DNA of 64,000 nucleotides from Podospora anserina (Eukaryota): NCBI GenBank assembly GCA_017654855.1, contig CM030335.1, positions 3,782,001 to 3,846,000 of the forward strand, read 5' to 3'. Shown piece by piece: positions 13,123 to 23,337 of this stretch (position 1 is its first letter; each line of letters starts with the position of its first letter). The notes under the pieces were generated by a model. It saw only the letters and a program-made list of their open reading frames with translations, ran no database searches and was not told where the DNA came from. The position numbers and the translations under genes were made by a program.

Positions 13123-13724
13123 GGTAGTTGTCTAGGTATCTTCGCAAATATGGAAATACAAAGGGAAAAGGCTGGTCGAACCCAGCCGATCAGGGAGGGT
13201 TGTGAACAAGTTAAAGTGAATGAGGCAGTCTCTGATGCCCGGGTCTTGCTGTGTGCATGTCTCGAAGATAACCGCTGTCCATGTTTTACCCCGCAGACAT
13301 TAACATGAACTTAATACCCATGCCCCAACAACTTGGGCGGTGTGGCTGTGTAGGTGTGCAATCGATACAGTGACTGCAAACAACAGCTGGAATCGAAAGA
13401 GGAGACACCAAAGCCGTGCATGATTTCGAGCTCGGCACTGTGTAAGCACCAGACCGACAAGATCACGCTCGATGGTTACACACAGGCATTCTTCCCAGTC
13501 ACGTAGGTGACAAGGAGGATCCTCTCGCAAAATTTCCTGGTGGGTGTCGGACTCTCGATTCATTGGCCTTGTTGCCATTGTCACAAATTGGCATGTTGGA
13601 AGTAGTAATATCGAACCATGTTTAAGTGATAAGTAGAGGTATCTAGGGTTGTTGAGAACCAAGACCTAACCTGCAGGTGCCCATTCACAAGTACCTTCTC
13701 TCCCTATGAGCCCTGCCATAGATT

Positions 13725-14102
13725 CTAAAATGCCAAGTCTGGATCAAACTCTGTAGTACCATCACGCTTTTTGCTTCTCTTGAAGGCAAGGTCCGGGTCA
13801 AATTCGGTAGTCCCATCACGGCGATTCTTCTTGAAGGCAAGGTCTGGGTCAAACTCCGTTGTCCCATCGCGCTTTTCCTTTCTGAACGCTAGGTCAGGAT
13901 CGAACTCGGTAGTCCCATCACGACGATCAATTTCGACAGGCGGAGTGAGCATCACGGCTCGGCCTGATGCAGAGATGCCTCTGTCAACAACTGCAACCTC
14001 AGGAAAGCGACATTCCCTTTGGGGCAAGTACTTACGTGGAACCATTGGTGATGCTGCTGCCACCGAGATGAGCAACGCGGCGAGGAGATTTGATGATTTC
14101 AT
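13725..14102 (-). CDS. Kex2-processed repeat protein / fungal RiPP (dikaritin-type) precursor peptide with 4 copies of core DGTTEFDPDLAF
   Basis: Signal peptide MKSSNLLAALLISVAAASP, followed by four identical 12-aa units each preceded by RR or KR and separated by basic spacers (RKEKR, KKNRR, KRSKKR). There is a probable in-frame 72-nt intron at 13964..14035, giving about 101 aa spliced. The gene is adjacent to two DUF3328 genes. Confidence 0.9.
   Translation of the reverse strand: MKSSNLLAALLISVAAASPMVPRKYLPQRECRFPEVAVVDRGISASGRAVMLTPPVEIDRRDGTTEFDPDLAFRKEKRDGTTEFDPDLAFKKNRRDGTTEFDPDLAFKRSKKRDGTTEFDPDLAF
13728..13919 (-). repeat. Coding tandem repeat: four 36-nt core units (13884-13919, 13833-13868, 13782-13817, 13728-13763)
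   Basis: The units encode an identical peptide and differ only at synonymous positions. Spacers are 15-18 nt. Confidence 0.95.
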
Positions 14103-14843
14103 GTCGAATAGGTAAAACCGTGGATGTAAGTAAGTATGCGCTGGAGTATCGGTAGTTGCAGAGTCTTCAGCAGCTCAACATGAAGACGGGAATACGGATG
14201 GTGGAGTCTATATACCGGTCGACCTGGACAGTTAGCATAGCCGCCTCTCAAACGCAGTCATGAGGCCTGAGTCATGGAGGCTGTGCGATACTCGCCGAGT
14301 TGCCGACTGGTTGCTCCTGTGTAGGTTTCTTGCCCAGTTCCCGGCTTTCCCACGTACGTTAGGCTCCCAATTACATACATCACACCTATAGTACCCGTAT
14401 GGTACTCGGGGACTGTCATCATCGGCGCGGCACAGCGCACAGGATGTAACGAATATGGCCATGAATCGGAGCAAACGAGACACCACGAAGGGAAGGAGAA
14501 AACTTGTGCCTCACTTGATATCGAGGTAGCATCGACAGTGGCGGGTAAGATGCCTCACTATTGGCTACCAGGACCACCACGATAGGGCTCGTAAGTTGCC
14601 CCCGACACAACAGATCCTACATGTGAAACCTAGGCAGTTCCAACAACACAAATTGTCAACCATTGACAAGCAGATCCAACGGGCCGATTGCTGCTTGGCA
14701 GTTAGAAATGAGACAATTCCTCAGAGGTTGGTCATGATGTTGCAGGCGGGTTCCATTCGCCACTCTTCACTCCCCTTCAACCTCATTCTCATAACCTGTG
14801 AAAGTTGTAGGCTCTACCATTCTCCAGCTATCAAACCCAAACA

Positions 14844-15726
14844 ATGTCCACCGACAAGCACGAACAACGCCCTTTTCTCGCTGACGACAGTGAAGAGATC
14901 CGGAGTGCCGGGTATTCACGTCACCCGATTATTAGCCAAAGAACTCTACTTTTGGCATCCGCGATCAGTAATGTGGTTCTTCTCGTGATCTCTGCTCTTC
15001 TTAGCGGGACAGTCTTTTCTGTCCTCGGTCACGCCCAGAAGAAAGCTCAGTTACCCGACCCATACTGTACGTTTTGCTTCTCTTTCTATTGTTCCCCTTG
15101 CACTTGACATTGACGATTGGTTACTCTCCCCCTCGCAGCTCCCGCGAACTCCATCGTTGAATTCGAGTATCGAGGCGTTATTCGCAATGACTCCCGCTTT
15201 ATCGGGCGCCCAACGCAGGAATGGGACAAGTCGATGCACGACCTCATGGCTGGGACTTTGATCAGAATCTCACATGAGGAACTCCAGTTGGCCGGGACGG
15301 ACTCAATTCCACTTAGAGATGGCGGCTATGCTGCTGGCTTGGGTGTGGCACACAACCTCCACTGTGTCAAGAAGATAAAACAGTTCCTATATCGAGAACA
15401 CCTTTACCCAGACCTGGATACAGGTAGTCAAAGGTTTGAAGACCTTCAAACGCATGCGGGTATGTTGCTGTACTTTCTTTCCTACCTACATGAATGGAGG
15501 CGAGTAGTGACTTATTGCGATAGATCATTGTCTTGATTTCATCCGTCAAGGCATCATGTGCCATCTAGATTACTCGCTGTACACAGTGTACTGGGGAGAG
15601 CGAAAAGACATCCCAACACATCATGATCCGCCAGTGCAAAAGTGTGTGAACTGGGAGAAACTTCATAATTGGATGCAAGAAAGATCGGCCAACACAGATA
15701 TGCTGGTACGGCCTTGGACAGAATAG
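14844..15726 (+). CDS. DUF3328 / UstYa-family oxidase (RiPP tailoring or macrocyclising enzyme) 1
   Basis: Spliced model 14844-15066, 15139-15459, 15524-15726 gives 248 aa. It has an N-terminal TM helix, PYSPA, two HxxHC motifs (HNLHC and HADHC), and IRQGIMCHLD and CVNWEKLHNW. Confidence 0.92.
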
Positions 15727-16286
15727 ACTTAGATCTGGGGAATCACATACAAAACAAATCTATCTGCAGACTATTCTTTTTACCTGCAAATTGTCAAACT
15801 TTTGGGTGTTGCTAGTGTCCCAGGTAGCTCAGGGGTTTGAAGACAGCACTTCCGCAGCCATTGTTTGATGACCAGATGACGCGTCTCAGTTCTGTCTGCC
15901 GGATGAACCGCGAATTGGGGGCTGTGACATGTACTGATATAGTGGTCATGCAAAACACTTGGACTGTGCCCGACCACGGCGTTAAGGATCGATGTTGGTT
16001 GCCTGGTTTAGATAGCGAGAAAGCCAATCACACCACGGGAGTCAGGGCGGGAAGGGACCGCTCGGCGAGGGCCGGAAAGGGGAAGGAGTAAGATGTTGCA
16101 GATCGCTCATCTGTTGCTGGTTACATCAGGACGTGTTGGTGATGGGTGACTTGCTCAGATGCGATTGGAAAGGCGGCCCCATTATGCAGATAAATAAACT
16201 TTTCTTGTCTCGTTGACTAAGGTAGGTACTCGAGCTGTTTCCGACACACATTATCAACCTACTTACAACCAGTCGACCACCTGAAG

Positions 16287-17358
16287 ATGGCTTCACAAGA
16301 TGAGCAAGATCTATTTATTGCCAAAGGCTTTGATTCGGAAGACGACCTGAAATATGCATCACGGCCAAAACAACATCCCAAAACCCATCTCATCATATTC
16401 ATTTTCCAAATTTTGTTTTTTCTGCTCAATATCACCCTGTTCATGACTACCAAGGCATCCAATACAGACTGCACATCCTGTGGTGCGTTGAATCAGAACG
16501 TTTATCACAGCCCTTATTGTGAGTTGCTACCTTATCTACCCATCCGCGAGAAGAGCCCTTCAGAGAGCTAACCTGATGGGAAATTTGGAAGCCCCTGCAC
16601 ACTCAGCAATACGGTATAAGGTCTCCCAAGACAAGTATGAAGAGGGCCCAAGCCCATTTTCAGGAGTGCCTCGCCTCGAGCTGGATGAAGCCTGGTCAAA
16701 GTTGCTACGCTGTACGTTGGACGTCCCCACCTTGATTGCTTCCACTGATGTGTGTGTCAAGCCTCGATGATTCGATTATCGGCGGACGAAATGAGAAAGA
16801 TGAACAAAACCTCTGTGACGCTCAAAGATGGATCTGGATATGTTGGATACCTTGAGGCAATTCACATGCTACATTGCGTGGTAAGTCGCTTTCCTCGGAT
16901 TCATGTGCCGTTGTTTTAGGTATCATCATGCTGAAAGTCTTAGAAACGAATGCACCAAGCCCAATATCCCGAACACTACCCCAAGCTCCAGGCAGAAGAT
17001 GCCTTTTCGACCCATCATTGGGGTAGGTTTCCGTTTCAAGCTGGCCGGAAACATACACTTATCATACTAACTTCGTCGACTCCTGTTTCAAGATCATTGC
17101 CTCGAAGTATTGCGTAAGGGAATCATGTGCAACGCCGATACCACAATAAACACGTATTTGTGGCAAAGGGACTCGCATGGTAAGTTGATGATAAAAGGGA
17201 ATAGGACAGGACCAAGAAAATGCACCGACTGGGACAAACTGCAAGAGTGGGCGGAAGAAAGGACAATATATGGGAGTGACAGGGATCGGTTTCTTGAGAG
17301 TCTAGTAAGCCCCTCTGAGCACGGAGGGGGTTTAGGGCCCCTTGAACTTGGTACGTAG
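16287..17358 (+). CDS. DUF3328 / UstYa-family oxidase 2
   Basis: Spliced model 16287-16518, 16592-16711, 16762-16880, 16944-17022, 17093-17358 gives 271 aa. It has a TM helix, PYSPA, LDEAWSKLL, two HxxHC motifs (HMLHC and HWDHC), and LRKGIMCNADTT and CTDWDKLQEWA. Confidence 0.92.
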
Positions 17359-18132
17359 CTGCATATCTGTCTGTTATTTTGAGGGGTTTAGGCTTCAATT
17401 CACGCCATCCGGCAATTCGTACCCAGCTCTTTCACCAGGAAGCGTAGAATGCTACCCTCATATCAAATACCGGTTTTACCTGCGTTTGCCAGTCGGATGA
17501 GCACCCGTCCGCAGTCAAGCGGCGCAGACACGGGACCGAGTTTGCTGAACCTGCGACGACAGGAATCCTTCCAATTCATGATATTGTCCGATGGACGTGA
17601 CACAAGAGACGCCTTGACGAGATTCTTACCTAAACAGTAAGGTGCCACGGCTCCTTTCACGGCTCTTTCGCATAAATCCTAGTCCATGAACCTGCGGCGG
17701 CATATTGAAAGGATTCTGGAGCCACACCCAACCGGCCCGTTCCTCTTCTTTAGGGTCGGCTCGTTGGGTCATATTTCCGAGTTTACTGGCATACTGTGTT
17801 ACACGATTCCCTTGGACGGTTGTTCATGGTCCTCGCGATTATGCGCTGCTGGGGGAGAGCGAGGCATGATATTGATAAGCGGGTCGACTTCCCCAAAGGG
17901 AATGGATCTGCAACTTTCGCCATAGGGCTGTACGGGTACGGCGTAGAAATGTGTTGAGTGAGAGCCAGCTCGCTGGTCATTGTCAGTGCTGTCTGAGCAG
18001 GCAGTACCTTAGCTACCTGCCGCCCCCGAGAATCGCTTTTTGTCTTCTCCATGATTTTCATCAGTTCCTCTTGCCTTTCATGCTTTCCTTCAACTCTGGT
18101 AGTTGTTATACCATCTTACCACTTTCCTAGCT

Positions 18133-19593
18133 ATGGCCACCTATGTCACCGAGCAGAGTACAACTGCGATTGGGGTTCTTTTCCCCACGTTAGCGATAAT
18201 ATTGCTAGGTATTCGTACCTATGGGCTTTTTCGGCATTACTCTCGACGTGATATCGGTATCGATGATGTCCTGATTGTACCGGCGGCGGTATGTTGTGAC
18301 CCCTTGGAGACTTCTATAGACTTGCGATAAGCTAAACGACAGCTCCCATAGTTTCTCACGGTTACATCTGGCGTTGCGATGGCGATAGGGGCACAAATGC
18401 ACATCATCGGTGGCCATTCCCTTGACGGTTCATGGGGGCCTGAAGATAACGTCAAGCTTGGAAAGGTCGGTTCGCTACAGCTCGACCATAGCATCACCGC
18501 GCGGAAAGGCTGACTAGGTTCAAGTTCGAGTACGCCTTCTGGATGGGCCATATCCTCGCCATCGGCTTCATCAAACTTACCCTGCTCTTCTTCTTCCGGG
18601 GTTTGTTTAAGGGTACCTACCGAGACGAACTTTCATGCCGGACCCAAGATCGTTGACTAACGCAAACTTGCACAGGCCGGGCCGAACGAACAGCATTCGA
18701 CTACTCAAACTGGACACTCATTGTCCTTGTGATACTCTGGACAATCTTGTTTCTCTTTCTCGAGATATTTGCCTGCGGGCTAAGGCCAGAGTCCGGATGG
18801 GAAAGCTTCGAGTCTTTGAGAACCAAGTGCATGGACACCTTCGGCATGCTAACCGGTTGTTCCGTCTTTAGCTGGGTTCTGGACCTGGCTATCTTTATCG
18901 AGCCGTTGATCATGGTACGGCTTTGTCCCAACCTTTCCAACCCATGTTGACGCGGAGACTGACAAGGTCCAGATCCGGACGCTGAACATGAGTCTAAAGC
19001 GGAAAGTGCAGGCGTCGATTGTTTTTCTTTTCAGTGGCTTGTACGTGACCCCCTACCCACCAACATTTACTCAGTCAATCCTAACCAAATTCTAGTGCCG
19101 TGATTGCTGGACTCTTGCGGATGATTCCCTGGATTCAGATCTACATGCAAGATGTCAGGAATCCCACCATCAGAATCCTTGCTGACGATTTGCCGGTGAC
19201 TGATCAAGAAGGTGAGTCCCTCCCTACCTTCTAAACATCTGGGAGACTACCTGATCTGATTTTGTGCAAAAAGGGGTCGTATCAATTGTACTGTTTTGGA
19301 CATACATGGAAATTGGCGTCGGATTCATTGTCTCCTGCGTACCCCGAAGCGCTTGGATCTGGGACAAGCTCCCATCTCTCACGCCCTTGCTATCCAAGAT
19401 GTCGCGATCTTTTACTTCAGTCGCATCCCGCTCATCGACTACCAAGACAGGCACGGCTGACCATGATAGCGAACGGAAAGCTCAAGGGATGCATTCCGAG
19501 CTTCACTCACAGAGATCACTCGTCAATATGAAGGGCACTTCAATCGGTAGCCGGAGATCATCCGAGAACCTTGAATTGGGAATCATGCCATAG
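18133..19593 (+). CDS. PTH11-like (fungal rhodopsin-domain) 7-TM integral membrane protein without CFEM
   Basis: Contains LLGIR..IGIDDVLIVPA, IGFIKLTLLFFFR, FLEIFAC..P..GW, DLAIFIEP..IRTLNMSLKRK and WTYMEIGVGFIVSCVP, with a Ser-rich cytosolic tail. Multiple canonical introns. Confidence 0.8.
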
Positions 19594-20211
19594 GGAAAAT
19601 AGCGCGATGCTGATGGCGTTACCCACCTCATGTTTTGGAATTGCCAGTCTGGGGTTCAGGGGTTCAGGGGTTCAGGGGTACTTGACTTGATGTAAGCAAA
19701 CACCCCAAAAGGCTTGGGGCCATGCCAAAGTTATCGCAATCTACAACATGCCCAATCTACTGCAAGGCCACTATGACTCCAGCATGTTATTGGCCCAAGA
19801 AATGCAAATTGCCAGGAAACGTGGTGGCTTGCAAATCCCGATGCTCATCCTTTAGGCTGAACGTCGGACCCGGCGCCCAATGACCCCATGCCCCGGCACC
19901 TAAGCCATACAGCATGCAGGGTCAGCAGGGCGTGAGCCTCGTATAAAAGCACTATCAGTCCCAAATATCCTCAATAACGGCAAATGGGATCTGCTATTGT
20001 GGAGGAATTCCCATCTGCCCACTCTCGAGTTTGCCCATCATGCTCGGCACACTTTCTGTCCCGCGAGAATCTGGCCCCCTCAAGCCGGGCTAGATTGTAC
20101 GAACTCCGAAATGTACATTATGCTGCTAGCACCGTGGCCAGAAACCAACCTTTCAGACGGTGGTTCTTTGGAGGCCTTGTGCAAGTTTCCCAGCATTGCA
20201 ACTTCGACGCC

Positions 20212-21698
20212 ATGAAATCCTCTCTTCTCGCATTCCTCGCAGTGGGCGTCGCGCACTCGGCCGGCCGGCTGCTCCACGCTACTCGACATGGACTTGTACC
20301 AGATACTGTCACGTCCAATGTCATCCCCATGCGCAAGCACATTGTGCCTTCTTCCGAACACCGCTCCAGTGTCGTGAAACCCGTCTACCGCAGGACAGCA
20401 GACGTGAACCACCCGGCCAACTTGACCAACGTGCACGATGTCTATTACATCGTCGATATCGTTGTTGGGAACCAGACTCTCGCTGTCAGTGTTGACACAG
20501 GATCAAGCGACACATGGTTTGTGTCGGACTATTTTGAGTGCGTCAGGTTCTGGTGGCAGGGTCCAGAATATGTATGTATACTCCCTAGTTTGCCAAGTAG
20601 TGGCTTGTAGGTATTGGCCGTACAGCTAATCTTTGTTATTTACTTGCAGAAACCAAACTGTGGACTAGCAGACGGCTTTACGGGCAACCTGTCGGGCGGA
20701 GTCCTGGACAACCCACCATTTGTCCGATCCTACATGGATACCACGTTTGTGTCGGGCTATTACGGGTTCGAAGATGTCACTGTTGGATCAATCACAGCCA
20801 AAAACCAACGCGTTGGAGTCGTCAATTACACGTTTTGGGCGGGCGATGGCCTTACCTCGGGTCTTTTGGGGCTGGGGTATCCCTTCATGACGAGCCTGGA
20901 CGGGGCAGAGCAAAACCAGGCACCATATGACCCCGTTTTCACGACCATGTGGAAGAACAAGCTGATTGATCCTCTGTTCAGCATTGCGCTCTCCAGGGAG
21001 AGTGGGAACCAGGGCGAGCCGGATGGGGAGGTCAGGACGCCAGAAGGGTCCTACTTGGCACTAGGTGGTCTGCCACCCGTGGAGGTGGATGAGGAGAGCT
21101 GGGCGAGGACAAAGATTCACGGTGTTGACGCTATCCCCGAGTGGATGTTTGAGCAATCAGACCTGGGTTTATACATTATTAAGCCCGACTCGTGGGTGTA
21201 CGGACGCGAAACGGAGGATGTCACGCCGGCTGAGGCAGATCAGGGCGCTGTCACGACACATGGGCTGACGACAAACACTACCCAGTTTCCCGTTCTGATT
21301 GACGTGGGGGCTACACTCAGCTTGCTTCCTAAGGGTGAGTCTGCATATTGTAAAAGCAAGACAAGCTAACTGACAAGTTTATAGGTCTGGTTCAGAAGCT
21401 GTACGCGGCGTTCGATCCTCCCGCCAAATACCTGAGCACCAACGGCCTGTTCTTTGCCCTGTGCAATGCCACCATCCCCAAATTCGGTGTCAACATTGGC
21501 GAAAACACTTTCTACTTTGCGCCTGAGGACCTGCTGCGTCAGACGGCTCGTGATCCATCTGGGGAATATTGTCGAATTGGGGTCACGGACGTGAATGGGG
21601 GCCCCTATGTCTTGGGCGTGTCATTCTTGTCAAGCGTGGTCGCCGTTTTTGACATTGAAAATACCGAGATGAGGTTTGCTTCAAGGACAAAGTATTGA
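20212..21698 (+). CDS. Secreted pepsin-like aspartic protease (A1 family)
   Basis: Signal peptide MKSSLLAFLAVGVAHSA, first catalytic motif VDTGSSDTW, SGLLGLGY, second motif LIDVGAT and C-terminal YVLGVSFLSSVVAVFD. Two introns at about 20572-20650 and 21335-21384. Confidence 0.88.
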
Positions 21699-21764
21699 GC
21701 AAGTAGAAGTGCAGATTTGTTTTTAAGTAGTTGTAAACCTCCGCAGCCTTCCTGGCTGTCACTG

Positions 21765-22475
21765 TTATTCCTTCCTCTTTACTTGATAATCTGCGTCCGG
21801 ATGAACAGTTGGTTCCACAAGGTCCTTCCTGATTTCTCTCTTCCGTCTCCAGTCCACGGCCTGGCCAACAAACTTTTGATCTCTCTCATCCATCTTCTTC
21901 TCCAAATCGGGCACCTGGTCGAAAGAGGTAATACTTGTCATCAGCTGCGGTGCCCCCATGGGCAACCTGTCCCCTCTGTCAACCTGCCAAAGATGATAGA
22001 CCTTGCCATAAAGCTCGATTACTTCCTTCATCTCTTCGGTCTCAGCCTTTTCCCAGGCGGCTGTAGGAACGGCGGAGTTGGGCTGTGGCATGACAAGCAT
22101 GCCGGACTTGACTTCAAAGACGTGCGAGTGCCAAAGTCGGCGCTCCTCCTGCGGTAGGGTTTCGTATAAATGAGGCTTGATCATGTACTCGACTCCAATG
22201 AGACGGGCGCCTGGATCGGGTGAGTCGTAGAGCAGGCACTGGCGAACATCCTCTGTTAGGTGACCGCAGTAGTGGTTTGCCTCTACTACCCGTGTTGGGT
22301 CAGAGGCATAGACGTGGAAGGCGTTGAGGTGGGCGCAGATGTTCTTGGTGGGAGTGAAATCTTGGGTCAGGGCGGCGCCGGTTTCGAGGATGGTGGACTT
22401 GGTGCTTCTCTCCTGGCCAGGAACATGATGGCATTCCTTGGCAGAGCGATCTTTAGTGTGGAAAAGAGCTGACAT
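21765..22475 (-). CDS. DUF1264 / oil-body-associated-protein (OBAP)-like protein
   Basis: Family-typical [47 protein letters not shown] and [23 protein letters not shown]. The start is placed at MSALFH. Confidence 0.85.
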   Translation of the reverse strand: MSALFHTKDRSAKECHHVPGQERSTKSTILETGAALTQDFTPTKNICAHLNAFHVYASDPTRVVEANHYCGHLTEDVRQCLLYDSPDPGARLIGVEYMIKPHLYETLPQEERRLWHSHVFEVKSGMLVMPQPNSAVPTAAWEKAETEEMKEVIELYGKVYHLWQVDRGDRLPMGAPQLMTSITSFDQVPDLEKKMDERDQKFVGQAVDWRRKREIRKDLVEPTVHPDADYQVKRKE

Positions 22476-23337
22476 TGTGATGGTAGATCTGTATGTTTTC
22501 TTTTGGTGTATCTTATGAAGTATCACGATGTTCGTGGGCAGAAAAAGGTTGGACGAACCTGTAAGAGAAGAGATGGTCCAATCAGATGCGGTGACGTCAC
22601 CGTGATGCCGACACTCTTAGTGAAGCCTCAGCTCTTGTGTTTTGCGGAGTACACTACCTATTTTCCGCTATTTCCTTCTGGCCAACAGACAGCTTGCCCG
22701 TGGGACAAAAAGCGGAGGGTCACCCCGACCACCACCCGGCAGAGCAAACTTGGGAAGATATCTTCTCAGAACAGCCACCGACAGTAGCGGGAGCATCGAA
22801 TATCTTCTTTCCCTTTGCACCGCCATTGCGCACGCGACACGACAGCAGTGGAGAGACGCGGCACGGCCACCAGCTCGCCAATGGAAGCCGCAGCAGCTCG
22901 CGAATGCATGCGGGCTTCAAACAGCTTTGCATCAAGAAGCCACAGTTCGAAGCACAGCGACTGGCGGCTGCGTCGTCAGGCTCTCTGGGAGCGGCGCAGC
23001 GTTGACAGCTTGGCGTGTCCATCGTCGCACTAGCCCATTCTCCCAGCCACGACCGCTCCCATTGGCTGCCTTGCTCTGAACCGGGGCGGCCCATTGCATC
23101 GAGGCCTGTCCCATCGCGGACAGCAGGTCGGCGCCTCAATTCGTTCTCTGCACAACTATTTTTCAGTCCACGCCATCAACTTCTTCTTCGAAATCCACCC
23201 TGCCATGTCTTGACACCTCCCTCTCCACAAGTCGAACCCGGCCCCCGACGATTGCTTCTCATCACGGGGCACGTGCTGCTGACGAGATCCCTTTCCTCCC
23301 CGAACCCCCCGGGCCTCATCGCCACGAGACCGCCAAC

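Noticed and set aside
13728-13919. CRISPR-like repeat-spacer array
   Set aside because: This is eukaryotic DNA, the repeats vary only at codon third positions, the spacers are only 15-18 nt and encode K/R, and there are no cas genes.
13725-14102. Alpha-factor-like mating pheromone precursor
   Set aside because: The repeats lack the Trp/Cys-containing pheromone motif and the Ste13 X-A/X-P dipeptide spacers typical of Sordariomycete pheromones. Adjacent DUF3328 genes favour a RiPP.
19651-19679. (GGGGTTCA)x3 microrepeat
   Set aside because: A short simple repeat in a 3' region with no supporting structure.
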